Shown piece after piece: positions 1-12,375 of a DNA stretch of 64,000 bases (within the stretch, counting starts at the first letter, position 1; each line of letters begins with the position of its first letter). Origin of the DNA: Adineta vaga (lineage: Eukaryota; Animalia; Rotifera). The notes beneath the pieces were generated by a model. That model was not told the DNA's origin and searched no databases. It saw nothing but the letters and a program-made list of their open reading frames with translations. The translations under genes and the position numbers were made by a program. The stretch is taken from NCBI GenBank assembly GCA_021613535.1, contig CP075496.1, positions 3,658,001-3,722,000 of the forward strand. The letters run 5' to 3'.

Positions 1-200
1 ACGGGTGTATGTTTAGATGGATCATAGATTTTTTTATCTAATATAGGCTTCTTCGATTCCTGAGAATCAGAATGTTTCTTTTCAGCATGAAGAAATGAAC
101 CTGGTGGAGCATTCGCTATGACTTGAGCACGTTTATTTGCATATTCAGCACATATTTCTTCCCATAAATTCGTTTCTTTATTTGCAATTATAACTGGCAT
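1..200 (-). CDS. 5' coding exon of an unidentified gene running off the left edge (MPVIIANKETNLWEEICAEYANKRAQV...)
   Basis: Open frame from ATG at 200-198 to the window edge with protein-like composition; no family recognised. Confidence 0.45.
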   Translation of the reverse strand, partial: MPVIIANKETNLWEEICAEYANKRAQVIANAPPGSFLHAEKKHSDSQESKKPILDKKIYDPSKHTP

Positions 201-1529
201 GATTATAAGTACAATTAAACAAAATCTAAAAGAAGATTGAAAGTTTAATAATCTTGTTCTTTGACAAGAATATTATTATAGGCAAAAATTAACTTCATTA
301 GTAGAATAATTCTTGATTAAATCGAAGAAATCAATCGAGTGTACTGAGATAAGACAAATCAGATAAAAAAGAGTAAGGTTAGTTTTTCTTCTTCTTGTTC
401 TTCAAAATAGTTTATGATCAAAAGAATCAAACAACCATCATAAAATCCTTCTCCATGTGTTTAACCTTTTTTTGATCGTTTCATTCGATAGATGTCGTTC
501 TTTTCATTACCGAATTGATTCGTTCTGTTCTATCCAATATCTATGAACGAAATGAATGAATGAATGTTCCTTCTCCTCTTCTTCTTTCATTACACTTTTT
601 TCTTCTTCTTGTTCTTTTTTTTTGATGATGTTTATTTTCTTTCGATGATTATTTAGAACTGAATTTCTTTTTCGCGTCGTTTTCATCTACCATCCTACGT
701 ACATATTTCGAACATAGGTAAAGGTTTCTAGTGTTTTTACTTTGTCCTTCTAGAAATGAACAAGTAGAAAAGTAATTAAATCTATGAGTTAATATCACAT
801 GGAGAAATAAATTGATATCAGTGTAGATAAATATCGATTTTTTACGTCCTACTCGATTAATATTTAAGTTAACACACACACTAGGATATCTAACTGTAAC
901 GATCATCGAATATAATCGCTACAATCTGTATTCAAGAGCGTAGAAGAATTTTTCCTTCCTGTTTCTTCTGACAAGTACATGACTCTTGTTCTTTCGTCAT
1001 TTTTCTTTCCCGTTTTTTTCCTTTTACCATAGTTTTCTGAAGGTTACAGACACGATAGACAGAGAGAAAAAAGAACAAGGCTGCAAGCATGCATCAAAAT
1101 CCTTTGGATAAACAAGCAGGCCCAATGTCGCTAGAAGCATTGACGTTATTTCTGTATTATCATTTTGATGTTGTCGTACTTAGTCTTTGTATTTCTAATC
1201 TTTCTTTGAATCGTCATGTGACAGATAGAAAAAAATAACGAACGAACGAATGATTCTGAAAAAGTGTGAGACGTTTTTAATCTGCATAGATATGTCTCCT
1301 GATCGGTATGCGAACTTCTTTCATCAACATCCTTGACATTCGGATTAGTCGATGCACAAAGCAATAGGATATTTCATCGATAACTACAAGAAAAAAAAGG
1401 TTGTCGTTTCTATTTGTTATTTTCTTTTTGTTTTAGATTCTGTCTCTTTCTCTTTTTTTCCTTTCGTATTCGATCGCGTTTTTTATTTATTAGTTTTTGT
1501 TCATTTAAAAAATGTCCTAGACTGGTAAC

Positions 1530-4500
1530 ATGTATGCTTATGTTGAATTATCAAACGTCGCACGAACAGATTCGATTATTCAATCATTATCATGGATGAG
1601 TTATGTATCTACTCCATCTTCAACATCAAATATAACCAATGAGGAAAATGAGAATCTTAATACTACGGCAACTAGTACCAATAATAATGATGACGATACT
1701 GATCGTTCAATTCCTGCCTCAACTCAACAACCAATTAATCTGTGTGATGGATGGTTAGCAACAGGTAATACAAATAATATTGTTAGTGTGACATATTCAT
1801 CGATTCGATCGAATGAAAATGCAACAATTCCTGATCGAACGAATTTTAATCTTCGGGCACATCGTACAGAAGTTTGCCTAGTATCATGGAATGTTCCATT
1901 TCAAAAATTAGCAACTGTCGATGAAAAAGGTGTTATTTTTGTTTGGGTGAAACATGATAATCGTTGGTCATTAGAATTAATTAATGATCGTAGTCATCCG
2001 GTTATTGATATGGCTTGGTCTCATGATGGACGTATGACTGTGATTTGTTATGAAGATGGTTTTGTTCTTGTTGGGTCTGTTACTGGTCAACGCTATTGGT
2101 CAACAGTTGTTAATACTCCACAAGCAAAAATATCTGCTGTTACATGGATGCCTGATGTTTCACAGTATGACTCGAAGAAGACAATGCGTTTTCTATTATA
2201 TTTATTTGTTTTTCTAGTGTTATTCTTGGAACAACAACAGGAAATTTAATCTTAATGGATCATCATGGAAATACAACCGACGGATTTTCATTATCAACAC
2301 AATCCATAACACAGTTGATATATTCATGCAATAAGTTCTATCCCGAAGCACCCGATAGCAGTAAATATTAGTTTTCAATAACAAGAAAATAAACAATTTT
2401 ATTCTTTGTATTTATTTTAGATGCAACAAAATTCGTTAATGATGATTATGTTCTTGCTTGTAGTCTTGCTAATGGTCAAGTACTTTTTCTCAATAATTAT
2501 CAAGATCAATCACCCATATCCGTCGATACAGATCTTCAAAGTATATCGATGAATATTTTCTTTTATTTTTGTTAAAAATTCTATACCTATAAAATAGATA
2601 TTAAAATGGATTGGTCATCGCCTGGTGAAATTCTTGCTGTTGGAGGTCATAAACGTGTCAATGATGTGACTTATACCAATCAAATTATATTCTATTCTCG
2701 TCACGGAGAATTTTTACATCGTGTTCATATTCCACAAATGGTTTGTATTTTATGAATAGAATTATTCTTCTCCGCACTTAGCTCAAAACAGAAATATAAA
2801 TTTAGTTGACTTAACATCATAGATGGAAAGAAAACTGAATAATTAATATATCAGTTATCTTTATACACAATAGTTTTTGTATGAGTAGGATTATTTTTCT
2901 CTCTGTTCGTAATTAAAGTTATAATTGATATTATCGAATGTCATTTCTGGTATTTTTCATATCGTTATTCCATAGAGATTCTTTTGGCAAGTTCTTATTC
3001 ATTCAATGAATTTCGATCAACGAGAATTGATTTTTCAACGTAAAACTAATAAAAAATGATGTCGAAAAGGAAAGAATTACGTAATAAACTTCTCGATTAA
3101 AATCATCTGTCACGCAGTAGTTATTATACATGACGAATTCTATAAAAACTTCATAGATAATCATTATAATCACGTATATTTTGAGTAAAAACTTGTTTAT
3201 TCTATTCTAGACACAACCATTATCTGCTCTATGTTGGGCACATGGCAATGGTAAGACAATTAAGCTAATTGAATAAAAAATATTTATAAATTCAATTTAG
3301 ATATCATCTTTGCTGCATGTGGTTCTTATGTTTATACAATCTGGATAACTCATAAATCTCTCCCGTCCATGTTAACATTATGTCAGATGAAAATCAAAGA
3401 ATGTTTATTACATAATACTTTACAAAATCTCGATAAATTATATCTACCAAATAATCTAAAACAAAATCTTCATAATTCATTTCGTTCAACTATCAAAGGT
3501 TTTTTACCTGATCAAAAATCTCTACGTTCATTTGTTTGTAATCCATTAAAATCTCAACTTCGATTACAATGTACAATGAAACGTATTGATAATGAAACAG
3601 AAAATTATTCGTCATTACCAACAACAACAACAGCAGCAACGAATCTATCAGGAGCAACTTATGTTTTATATTTAGAATATCTTGGTGGACTTATTCCATT
3701 ACTAACAGCAAAACGCGTTTCGAAAATTTGTCCAGATTTTATTATTTTCGATCCTCAAATGAAAACCAATCAAATTTCATCATTATCTTCGTCAAAACTA
3801 CGTTCACAAAAGAAACATTTTTCATCATTAAAATCGCGTTCAAATACATTTCATAATATGAATTCTGTTCAACAATCACCACAAACAAGATTATTCAATA
3901 CGAATCGTTCGAGTTTGATAACAAATCGAAATTCGATTTACGTGGCAGAAAATGGTGTTCATCAAAATGGAGATGATTTATTGACAAATAAGAGTAGTTC
4001 TGGTTGTAGTTCAGAAAATGATTCAGATTCGGAAGAAGAAGATGACGATGAGGACGAACAAAAATTAAATACAAACAGAACGAATCGACAAGAAAAACGT
4101 TCAAGAAAGAAATCCAAAGTAGTTAAACATAAACATGTAAGTAATAAAAGCACTCTTAGGACTAATATTAATCTTATCTGAACTTCATTTTGTTCATGTT
4201 CGATATTGTAATAAGACAGATGGATGATCTCATATCTGGTAAATGAAGCAGAATTGCCATTCTCTTACTTTTTGTAGTATAGATAAAGAAAGAAGGTCAT
4301 CAACTAATTGAATCAGTACATCGTTGTGAGTGATTATATCTCGAATAGATTAGTTGGATGCAGACCTTTTTTTGTTTCTGTCAAAATTTATAAAATCTTT
4401 TCTAATAAATTATTTTCTTAGCATCAATCATCATTATCAAAAGACGCGAAAAAAAGAATGTCTGCCTGATAGACAGGAGCAATGATATATATATATATAT

Positions 4501-6548
4501 TCATAGAACTAAGATCAGTTTTGACTTGATATTATCATACGAATTCAAGGAAACAATTTTCAAAGGTCAAATATGTAGATAATTAGTCTACCAATCATTT
4601 CTATCACCCTGATTTCTATACTAGATTGCACTAAGCACATAATTTAACACTTTTAAATGATTATAGATTGAAATCGGATTGTTTTCTTTTGACTTAAACG
4701 ATTTTTGTTGATTATTTTAGAATAACAAATTATGTACGATAGCTGCAAATATCTGGGGTACACGATTTAAATTCTATGGACATTCACCATTTCTACCAGA
4801 AACTCTTGGTAGTGTTACTTATAAAACATCATTTTTACATTTACAACCACGACAAATGACGGTGACTGTTGCTAATAATTATAATCTTCGAAAGCCAATT
4901 ATATCATATAAGAAAACGAAAACTGATAAACTTCTAAAACCAACGATTCGAAAAACGAAACAACAAATACGAAGTAAAATCGAAGAAGAAGATGATGATG
5001 AAACGATGATTGGTAAATAATGAAACTATAGTTTTTTTTCTATACTTTCTACGATTTTCTTTAGCTCTTTCGTCATCGAAATTAAACATTGCAGGAAATA
5101 TTCCTATTGCTCCAATGTCTCCACAATTACAAAATGTTCGTTCATCTTTACCATTAACTTCACATCCACGTTCATCGTCTTTACATGAATCGAAATATTC
5201 TGCTCAATTGAAAATATCTACGCAAACACCGTCAAATTCTAATCATCTTCTACAACGTACTTCTATAACAACAACGACAATGATGAATCATCGCCATCGA
5301 CCAACAACTATTGATTCATCAGCTGCAAATTCTTCGTCTACATCACCACTTAATTTAAGTCGTTCAACATCTCCAGCTGCTTCAATAGCGAATTTTATTC
5401 GTCCTATCTCACCTCCATGTATTCAAGTAAAAGAACCTTTATCACCAAAATTTTCACGAACTTCTTCCACAAATATGACCAACCAGCATCCCACACATTC
5501 TCGTCATCGTTCACCACCCGTACTAGTTCCTTCAATTGCAAGTAATATTAATGCATCAACAGCCAGTGCAATGACAACCTTATTGATCGATGATTCATCC
5601 GGTTATGATAGTAGTGAAAATCAAACAAATCGAACAAATAATCCACTTGCTTCAGCTGGTCCTATTTCATCCATTATATCTACTGTACCAGAAAGTTGTT
5701 TCGAACCTGAAACATATCGAAATTTATATCCATTTAATAGTAATCAACAGAAGTTAAGTTTAAGTGATCCAACATTAAATCAGACGACTAAACTTTCACG
5801 TCAATCTCAACAAACAACAGTTACTATGACAGCAGCAGCAACAACAACAACGACAGTGACTACAGCAAATTCACATTTATCGGCCTCATCTTTACAAAGA
5901 GAAATCTCGAATGAAGATGAAGAGATTCATAGTGATGAAGAAATAGCTGATTTAAATTCAAATGAAGAGAATGTACCAAAAGAAAAGCCAACATCCAATC
6001 GAAACGATTTTCGTAAAGTAAGTTTACTTCATTTGATACGGTTAGGAAAATTCACTTCTTCTTTCTTCCAGAGATATTCAAGTCCTCGACATCGTATGAT
6101 GACATGTACGAGTGGAACAAATGATTCATTGACACGATTATCACCCTCACCTGAATTAGATCAGTTGATAAATCGATTAGATAATCAAAATGATTCATCC
6201 TTTTATGTCATGCAAAATCGACCACCGTAAGTGTTCGATTCTTCGAAATTTCGAATATTTAAATAAATTTTGTTTATATAGCTTATGGAATGAACAATCA
6301 CAAGTATATCAGTTAGATTTTGGCGGACGTGTTACACTCGAGTCAGCAAAGAACTTTCAAATTGAATTTAAAGGAAAACAGGTATTTTGTTCAGCAATTT
6401 TCAATCATTTGTTGATAATATTTCTTCTTAGGTTATTCAATTTGGTCGTATTGAAAATAATTGTTATACATTAGATTTTGAATGGCCTTTTTCTCCATTA
6501 CAAGCATTTGCAGTCGCTCTTGCGAATATTACTCAACGATTAAAATAA
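1530..6548 (+). CDS. TULP4: Tubby-related protein 4 (WD40 repeats, SOCS-box region, C-terminal Tubby-like domain), multi-exon
   Basis: N-terminal NFNLRAHRTEVCLVSWNVPFQKLATVDEKGVIFVW...WSLELINDR and C-terminal [32 protein letters not shown]...FSPLQAFAVALANITQRLK* match TULP4 signatures; GT-AG introns link the ORF fragments. Confidence 0.93.
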
Positions 6549-6858
6549 AACTCTTCGTCTTCTCTGTGGATCAGCATTAGTGTTGTACAAAACTACTTTT
6601 CTCATTTTTTTTTTCTTATTTTTGCTCTTGCTCTCTCGACGAATGATCATATTCCTTATATTGTTTCTTTGTTTTTTCGTCTGAAATTTTTATCTGTACA
6701 TGTATTCGACTTTGTCCTCGCACCTTTTCTTTTTTTCGTCTGTATTCGTCCGTTATTTTGCCAGTATATATATATATTTGAAAAGGAGAAATCAAGTTGA
6801 AAGAATATATTTCTATATCTTTATGACATAAACTATCAATACATCTTGCAGATTTAAG

Positions 6859-8611
6859 ATGACAGGATGTTTCGGATATATCTTTTTACTGATCATTTGT
6901 GTCAGTGTATATTGTGAACATGATGAAACACCTAAGACACATGTTGGTAAGTATGATGCGAATTGAACGCATTGAATGTGTATTATGGTTGTTTTATGAT
7001 TTAGCAATTATTGGAGCAGGTATTGGAGGTGTATCAACAGCATATTGGTTGAAACATTATTTGAATCATTCAGTTGCAATTACAATTTATGAATCCAATC
7101 AAGTTTGTTACATATTTTTTGTTAGTTTTGTTATGCTTTTGAGTTTTAGATTGGTGGTCGATTAAAAACGGTGAATATTGATGGAAATGAATATGAAGCT
7201 GGTGGATCTATATTACATGAGAAGAATTTATATATGAAACGATTTACTGATGAATTAGGTAAGATAATGTTTTTCGATGAAATTCTCTAAATAAAATTCG
7301 AAATATCTTTGTATTTAGGTTTAAAACGATTGAATGTTCCAAGTTCAACTTCGTATTTAACAACTAATGATGGTTCTCAAACATTATTTTCTACTCTATC
7401 ACGTTACATTCCTAATCTCTTTCTTATCTTATGGCGTTATGGATTTGATGCAGTACGTTTAAAATTTTGGCTTGGAAGAAAATTATCAAATTTTGTTCGG
7501 TAAATTCTTTTGATTACCTTCGAACAGAAAGTTTATGAAAATAGTTTTCCTTTAGAATCTATGATTATCAAGATAATGGACGAACATTTCAAACTGTGGA
7601 CGAATTTTTCGAAATGCTTGATCAAGATTTTTCGAAATCAACTCGAGTGTCATTTCGAAAATATTTATCTGAAAAAGGTTTTCAAAAACGATTCATCGAT
7701 GAAATTGCTCAAATGGCTGCGTTAGTTAATTATGATCAATCCGTTGATTCCATGAATGCATTTCCAGGTAAATGAACATTTATATCGTTATATGTCTGAA
7801 TAAAATTATTCTAGGTCTTGTTTCTTTGATGGCTGCTGGTTCAACATTGTGGCATGTTAAAGGTGGTAATGTACTCGTACCAAAACAAATACTTGATCAT
7901 CTTTTAAAACAATCTGATGTTCAATACGTTAATGGTCATGTAAAAAGTGTTGCAGAAGTTCATCGTATTGATATTGATGATCAAGGTGGAAATGTTCGTC
8001 TTTCCTATCAACCAGCGAATAGTGAACTTGTTCATGCGGTTGATTATGATTATGTGATTATTGCTTTTCCACTTCACCGTGATAATACGAATAATTTTGT
8101 TTTACAATCAACGGATTTATTTAATCAATATGATTTCCGTATGCAATCGACACATGCAAATTTTCTTTCGGGAAAACTTGATTGTCAGATATATAATTTA
8201 ACTGATAGTGATTGTCAACGATTAAATGCAGTATTTTATACGAATCCATCCTTACCATATCGATCTGTTGCTCAACAACAAAGTGTCAATGAAAATGACG
8301 GGAAATATTCGAAATCTGTTTATAAAGTGTTTTCACCAGAAAAACTATCTTCTTCTGATTATAAACGAATATTTGAAAACGAAAACTTTCGATTGATAGA
8401 AGATATACCCTGGTTAGCTTATCCAAAATATGAATATCCACAAAAATTACCACCTATTGAAATTAATTCAAATATTTTTTATGTTAATGCTATGGAATGG
8501 AGTGCATCATGTATGGAAATTGAAGCGATTAGTGCACGAAATATTGCTATGCTTGTTACGAAAAAACTTGGAGTTCAACTCAAACGAAGTGATAAACATG
8601 TCGAATTTTAA
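6859..8611 (+). CDS. PCYOX1: Prenylcysteine oxidase-like FAD-dependent oxidoreductase with signal peptide
   Basis: Signal peptide MTGCFGYIFLLIICVSVYC; Rossmann motif AIIGAGIGG; YEAGGSILHEKN; WLAYPKY; FYVNAMEWSASCMEIEAISARNIA; C-terminal HVEF may be a KDEL-like signal. Confidence 0.88.
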
Positions 8612-8709
8612 TATGTCTCTTTCTTTTCTTTTTTATAAAAAAAATTTATCTTTACATTAAGTGATCAACTATATTCCTTCCAACCTTTTGTTTTTCAGAT
8701 AAATAAACC

Positions 8710-9965
8710 ATGGATTCTGAACCGAGAAAAACTGTTGATAATACATCGAGTTCTTATCTATCATTAAAAGCTGAATTATTACGGAAGAAACAAGATGTTC
8801 AACGTGCATCGTCATCTGCGACTTCGTCATCGGCGATACTCGAGAATTTACAATCAACATCGACTTCATTGAAATTAAAAACGAAAGCTGAATTGGATGT
8901 TGAAGTAGCAAATCCATCCAAAAAGAAAAAGAAAAATGATAGAGTGTCATCTTCTTCACCTGCTCCACCGCCAACATCCTCTGCAACTTTATCACGTGAA
9001 GATGAGGTTGCATTTGCTAAATCACGAGCTATTCTCGAAGCAAAATCAAAATTATACGATGAAATTATGTCAAATAATGAAATGAAACTATTAGCTGAAG
9101 ATGATTACAATGATGATGATGATGATAAATCATTTCTCGTTGATTTTGAACGAAAAATCTACGATACAAATCAAACAAAAAAGCAAATCGAATATACGGA
9201 TTCTTTCGGACGTACACGTTTAGTTACTCCCGATGAATATGAACAGTTACAAGTAACAAACAAGAAAAACTTTCGTGAAGAAACTCCACCAAGGAATACA
9301 TCCGAAGATGAAATTCGTCGTGTCGAACGTATACATCGTGAACAAATGCGTAGTAAATGGGAATCTGATATGGAAGCTTTGAGAAATAAAACAGATGTTC
9401 ATTATGAAGATATTTTATTCGATGAAAAACGTGAACATGGTCTTGGTTATTATAAATTTTCTACGGATGATAAACAACGTGAAGAACAAATGGCTACATT
9501 GAATGAATTGAGAGCGAATACAAAAACAGAACAAAAGAAATTTATGCAAGAAAAAGAAAAACGACAATCAAATATGGCTGAACGATTGAATAAAATACGA
9601 TTGAGAAAAGCCAAAGAAATGGGTATTGATTTAACAGAAAATACAACGATATCAGATCAATCACAAAATAAAGTAAGACTAAAGATTAATAGAAGTATTA
9701 AGTTTCATGCGTATTTGTTGAAGGAATCATCACATATTACAAAGGATGAAAAAGAAACAACAACAGATTCATCGATAGTGATAGAAACATTACAATCCCA
9801 ACAAGTTCGTTTTTTTTTCTGTCTATACATATGTTTTGTATGCTTTCTCTTTTATATTCCTAGAAAGTACAATCAATTCCTACTCAACAACAACCATCAG
9901 TACAAAATAATACCTCATCATCCATGGCCTATCCATTTCCTGTAATGCGGACTAATCATCTATGA
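8710..9965 (+). CDS. CCDC174: Coiled-coil domain-containing protein 174 homolog (introns ~9673-9723 and ~9805-9862)
   Basis: SSYLSLKAELLRKKQD, LEAKSKLYD, FLVDF, IEYTDSFGRTR and VHYEDILFDEKREHGLGYYKFS..REEQMATLNELR follow the CCDC174 motif order. Confidence 0.85.
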
Positions 9966-10251
9966 TTATTTGACATTTTTGTGTAATGTTATAAAATAAT
10001 TTGTTTCGGTTAAATAAATTTGGTTTTATAAATCACTAATATCGTTTTGATAAGAAGAAATATATCAATAGCAAAGGTAGAATATTTATTCTTCTCTTCA
10101 TATCGATAAAGAAAAAAACTACATTTGTAAATATTATGTAGTCCTTCAAAGAAGACAATTATAATAAAAGTTAAAGTCTGTTCTATAGTATATTTAATGC
10201 AATTTATTCAAAGAGAAAAAGAGAAAATATTATTAGAATAGTTATGTTGTT

Positions 10252-10748
10252 TTATTTTTTGCCAGTGGCTGAATTGAAGGCTTGATTCCATGCTGGCCAT
10301 GTTGCAAGATCTGGACAGTATCGTGGATGAAGAAGACGTTCGCATTTTTCTTCGTATCTTAAATAAATAGAAATAGATTTGAGAGTTTGTTTTATTATTT
10401 TCAAAAACTATTACTTCTTCTTGGCTTCTTTCATGTGACTTTTTTGATCAGAGAATAATCGACTTGATCGATCAAGAAATTCACTAGCATCTTCTTCATT
10501 TTCCAAGAAATCACGAATAGCACGTTTTTCACCTAAAAATCATATTATAGAAGAAGAATAACAATTCATATATTCTTACTACGTAAACCGGTATTGTCAT
10601 TGGTATATTCTTCATTTGTATTGTCATCATTGTCATCATTGTCATCGGCATCTTCTCCATTACTACGTTTAGTTAATCGTCCACATTGAGCCAAGGTGAT
10701 CAATAAACCAAAAGTAAGTAAAAGAACTGAAAGATATTTTGTATTCAT
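10252..10748 (-). CDS. Small secreted prepropeptide A, 130 aa, 3 exons (10748-10580, 10532-10415, 10357-10252); candidate Gla-type peptide
   Basis: Canonical GT-AG introns give MNTKYLSVLLLTFGLLITLAQCGRLTKRSNGEDADDNDDNDDNTNEEYTNDNTGLRSEKRAIRDFLENEEDASEFLDRSSRLFSDQKSHMKEAKKKYEEKCERLLHPRYCPDLATWPAWNQAFNSATGKK*. It has a signal peptide, an acidic spacer, KR and RxxR sites and a terminal GKK. The paralog at 11697 supports the model. Confidence 0.85.
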
Positions 10749-11696
10749 CTTCGTTTTTTGTCAATAAATCTACATGATATTCTATGTAAATGATATGAAT
10801 TTTGAAACTATAACACTTACCTTCAATGTTTTCTTTCGTTAAATATGAATAGGTCGAATATAAAATATATATGTTTAAGACTTTGGCTTTTATATCCAGA
10901 TGTGATTTGATTTCTCTCTCTTGCTCTCCGCCTCGTTTTTCTTTACATATACGATATCGCTTATTTTGATTGTGCATATAACGAAAAAAACATAAGTCGT
11001 ACTTGAAAAAGATCAATATAGCCAGGTAATGCTGGTATCAGGTATGATTAATGATTTTCTTTCTCTTAAATGTCTGTCCATAATCTTTTATCTTCACATA
11101 AAAAAAATATTTCTGTTCGACTAGCACCATTAAACTAAATAACGATGAATAAATGTATGTTTTTCGATTATTCATCGTTGAGAGCGAAAATCTTATGAAG
11201 TAATTGTAGAAATATCAAATATTATTCGTTACATAAACATACCCCTGGATGACAAAAAAAACTGAGTAATATTGACAAATTGTATTATGCTATTATATAG
11301 AAAAAAAGAACTATAAGATTTCATTAAATGAAAGCTTTTGAATTTTAATCGATAGCTTTAAATATTATTCTCGTCTTATCAGATATTTATTCAACATAAA
11401 CATATTATTCATACCTATACTTTTTTTAAAGCCGTATCAGAATCACTAGACTACCATGTTAGATTGTAGATCTTTCAGATGCAAAGAGCTTGATGCAATC
11501 GTTAATAATTTCTTAATTGATCCGAATAACTATTCATACAAAGTGCTTTCTTTGATTGCTCGAAGCATATACATGTCGTTGAATATATACAATATGAATA
11601 GAATATCAGATTTTATATGTGAAGCATCCTCATATATAAATTGCTTATCATCGTAGTTCTTCTTTCAAAAGTCATTTCTAAATCGAAGGAATAAGT

Positions 11697-12108
11697 ATGA
11701 AGCAATTCGTTTTGATTTGTGCTATCATTGTCATTCTTGATACAACAATTTTGGCAAGACCAGAAAGTAGTACTGATGATTTCGATATGGGTAAGAAAAA
11801 AGAAAGTTGACCGTGTATTATCTTTCCTCGTTCAATTGAATATTCCATTTAGATCATGAGATGGCAACAAAGTTTTTGAAACGAACATTTTTTCATCCAG
11901 GAAAGACTAGATGCGAAGAGCAAAAACGAGAAGCATCAGAAAAATATGAAGAACGTTGTGAGCCCAGTGTTAATAAATTAACTGGATCACGTTATTGTAA
12001 GATACATTCGATAAAGTTTCTTTTTCATATTTTTCAAATACAGGTCCTGATATTCAAAGATGGGAAGCATTTAAGAATTATGAAGTTGGCGGTGGCTATG
12101 GTCGTTAG
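11697..12108 (+). CDS. Small secreted prepropeptide B, 100 aa, 3 exons (11697-11790, 11853-11996, 12044-12108); paralog of A
   Basis: Spliced product MKQFVLICAIIVILDTTILARPESSTDDFDMDHEMATKFLKRTFFHPGKTRCEEQKREASEKYEERCEPSVNKLTGSRYCPDIQRWEAFKNYEVGGGYGR*. TATATAAA at ~11633 and AATAAA at ~12168 flank it. Confidence 0.85.
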
Positions 12109-12375
12109 ATGATGCTTGTTTTTTCTTCGTTTCAATTTATGTACACCAGCTTTCTATTTCCTACTGAATAAAGATGATGTGAAACTTGTTCTTTTCCAAA
12201 ATATTCTAAATCAAGAAAATTGTATACAGTCGACAAGGATGTGAGTGTAAGTATGAAATGATTTATAAGCCACAGTTACTCATATATGCATTTGAAGAAC
12301 AAGAAACCAGAATTTAGAAAAAAAACATTCAAAAAATCTGAAGAGGTAGAGCGTGGTTGTTTATGAACAGTTCGA

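Noticed and set aside
9673-9945. Hydrophobic C-terminus of the 411-aa ORF as a TM anchor for CCDC174
   Set aside because: It arises from reading through two introns; the spliced end differs
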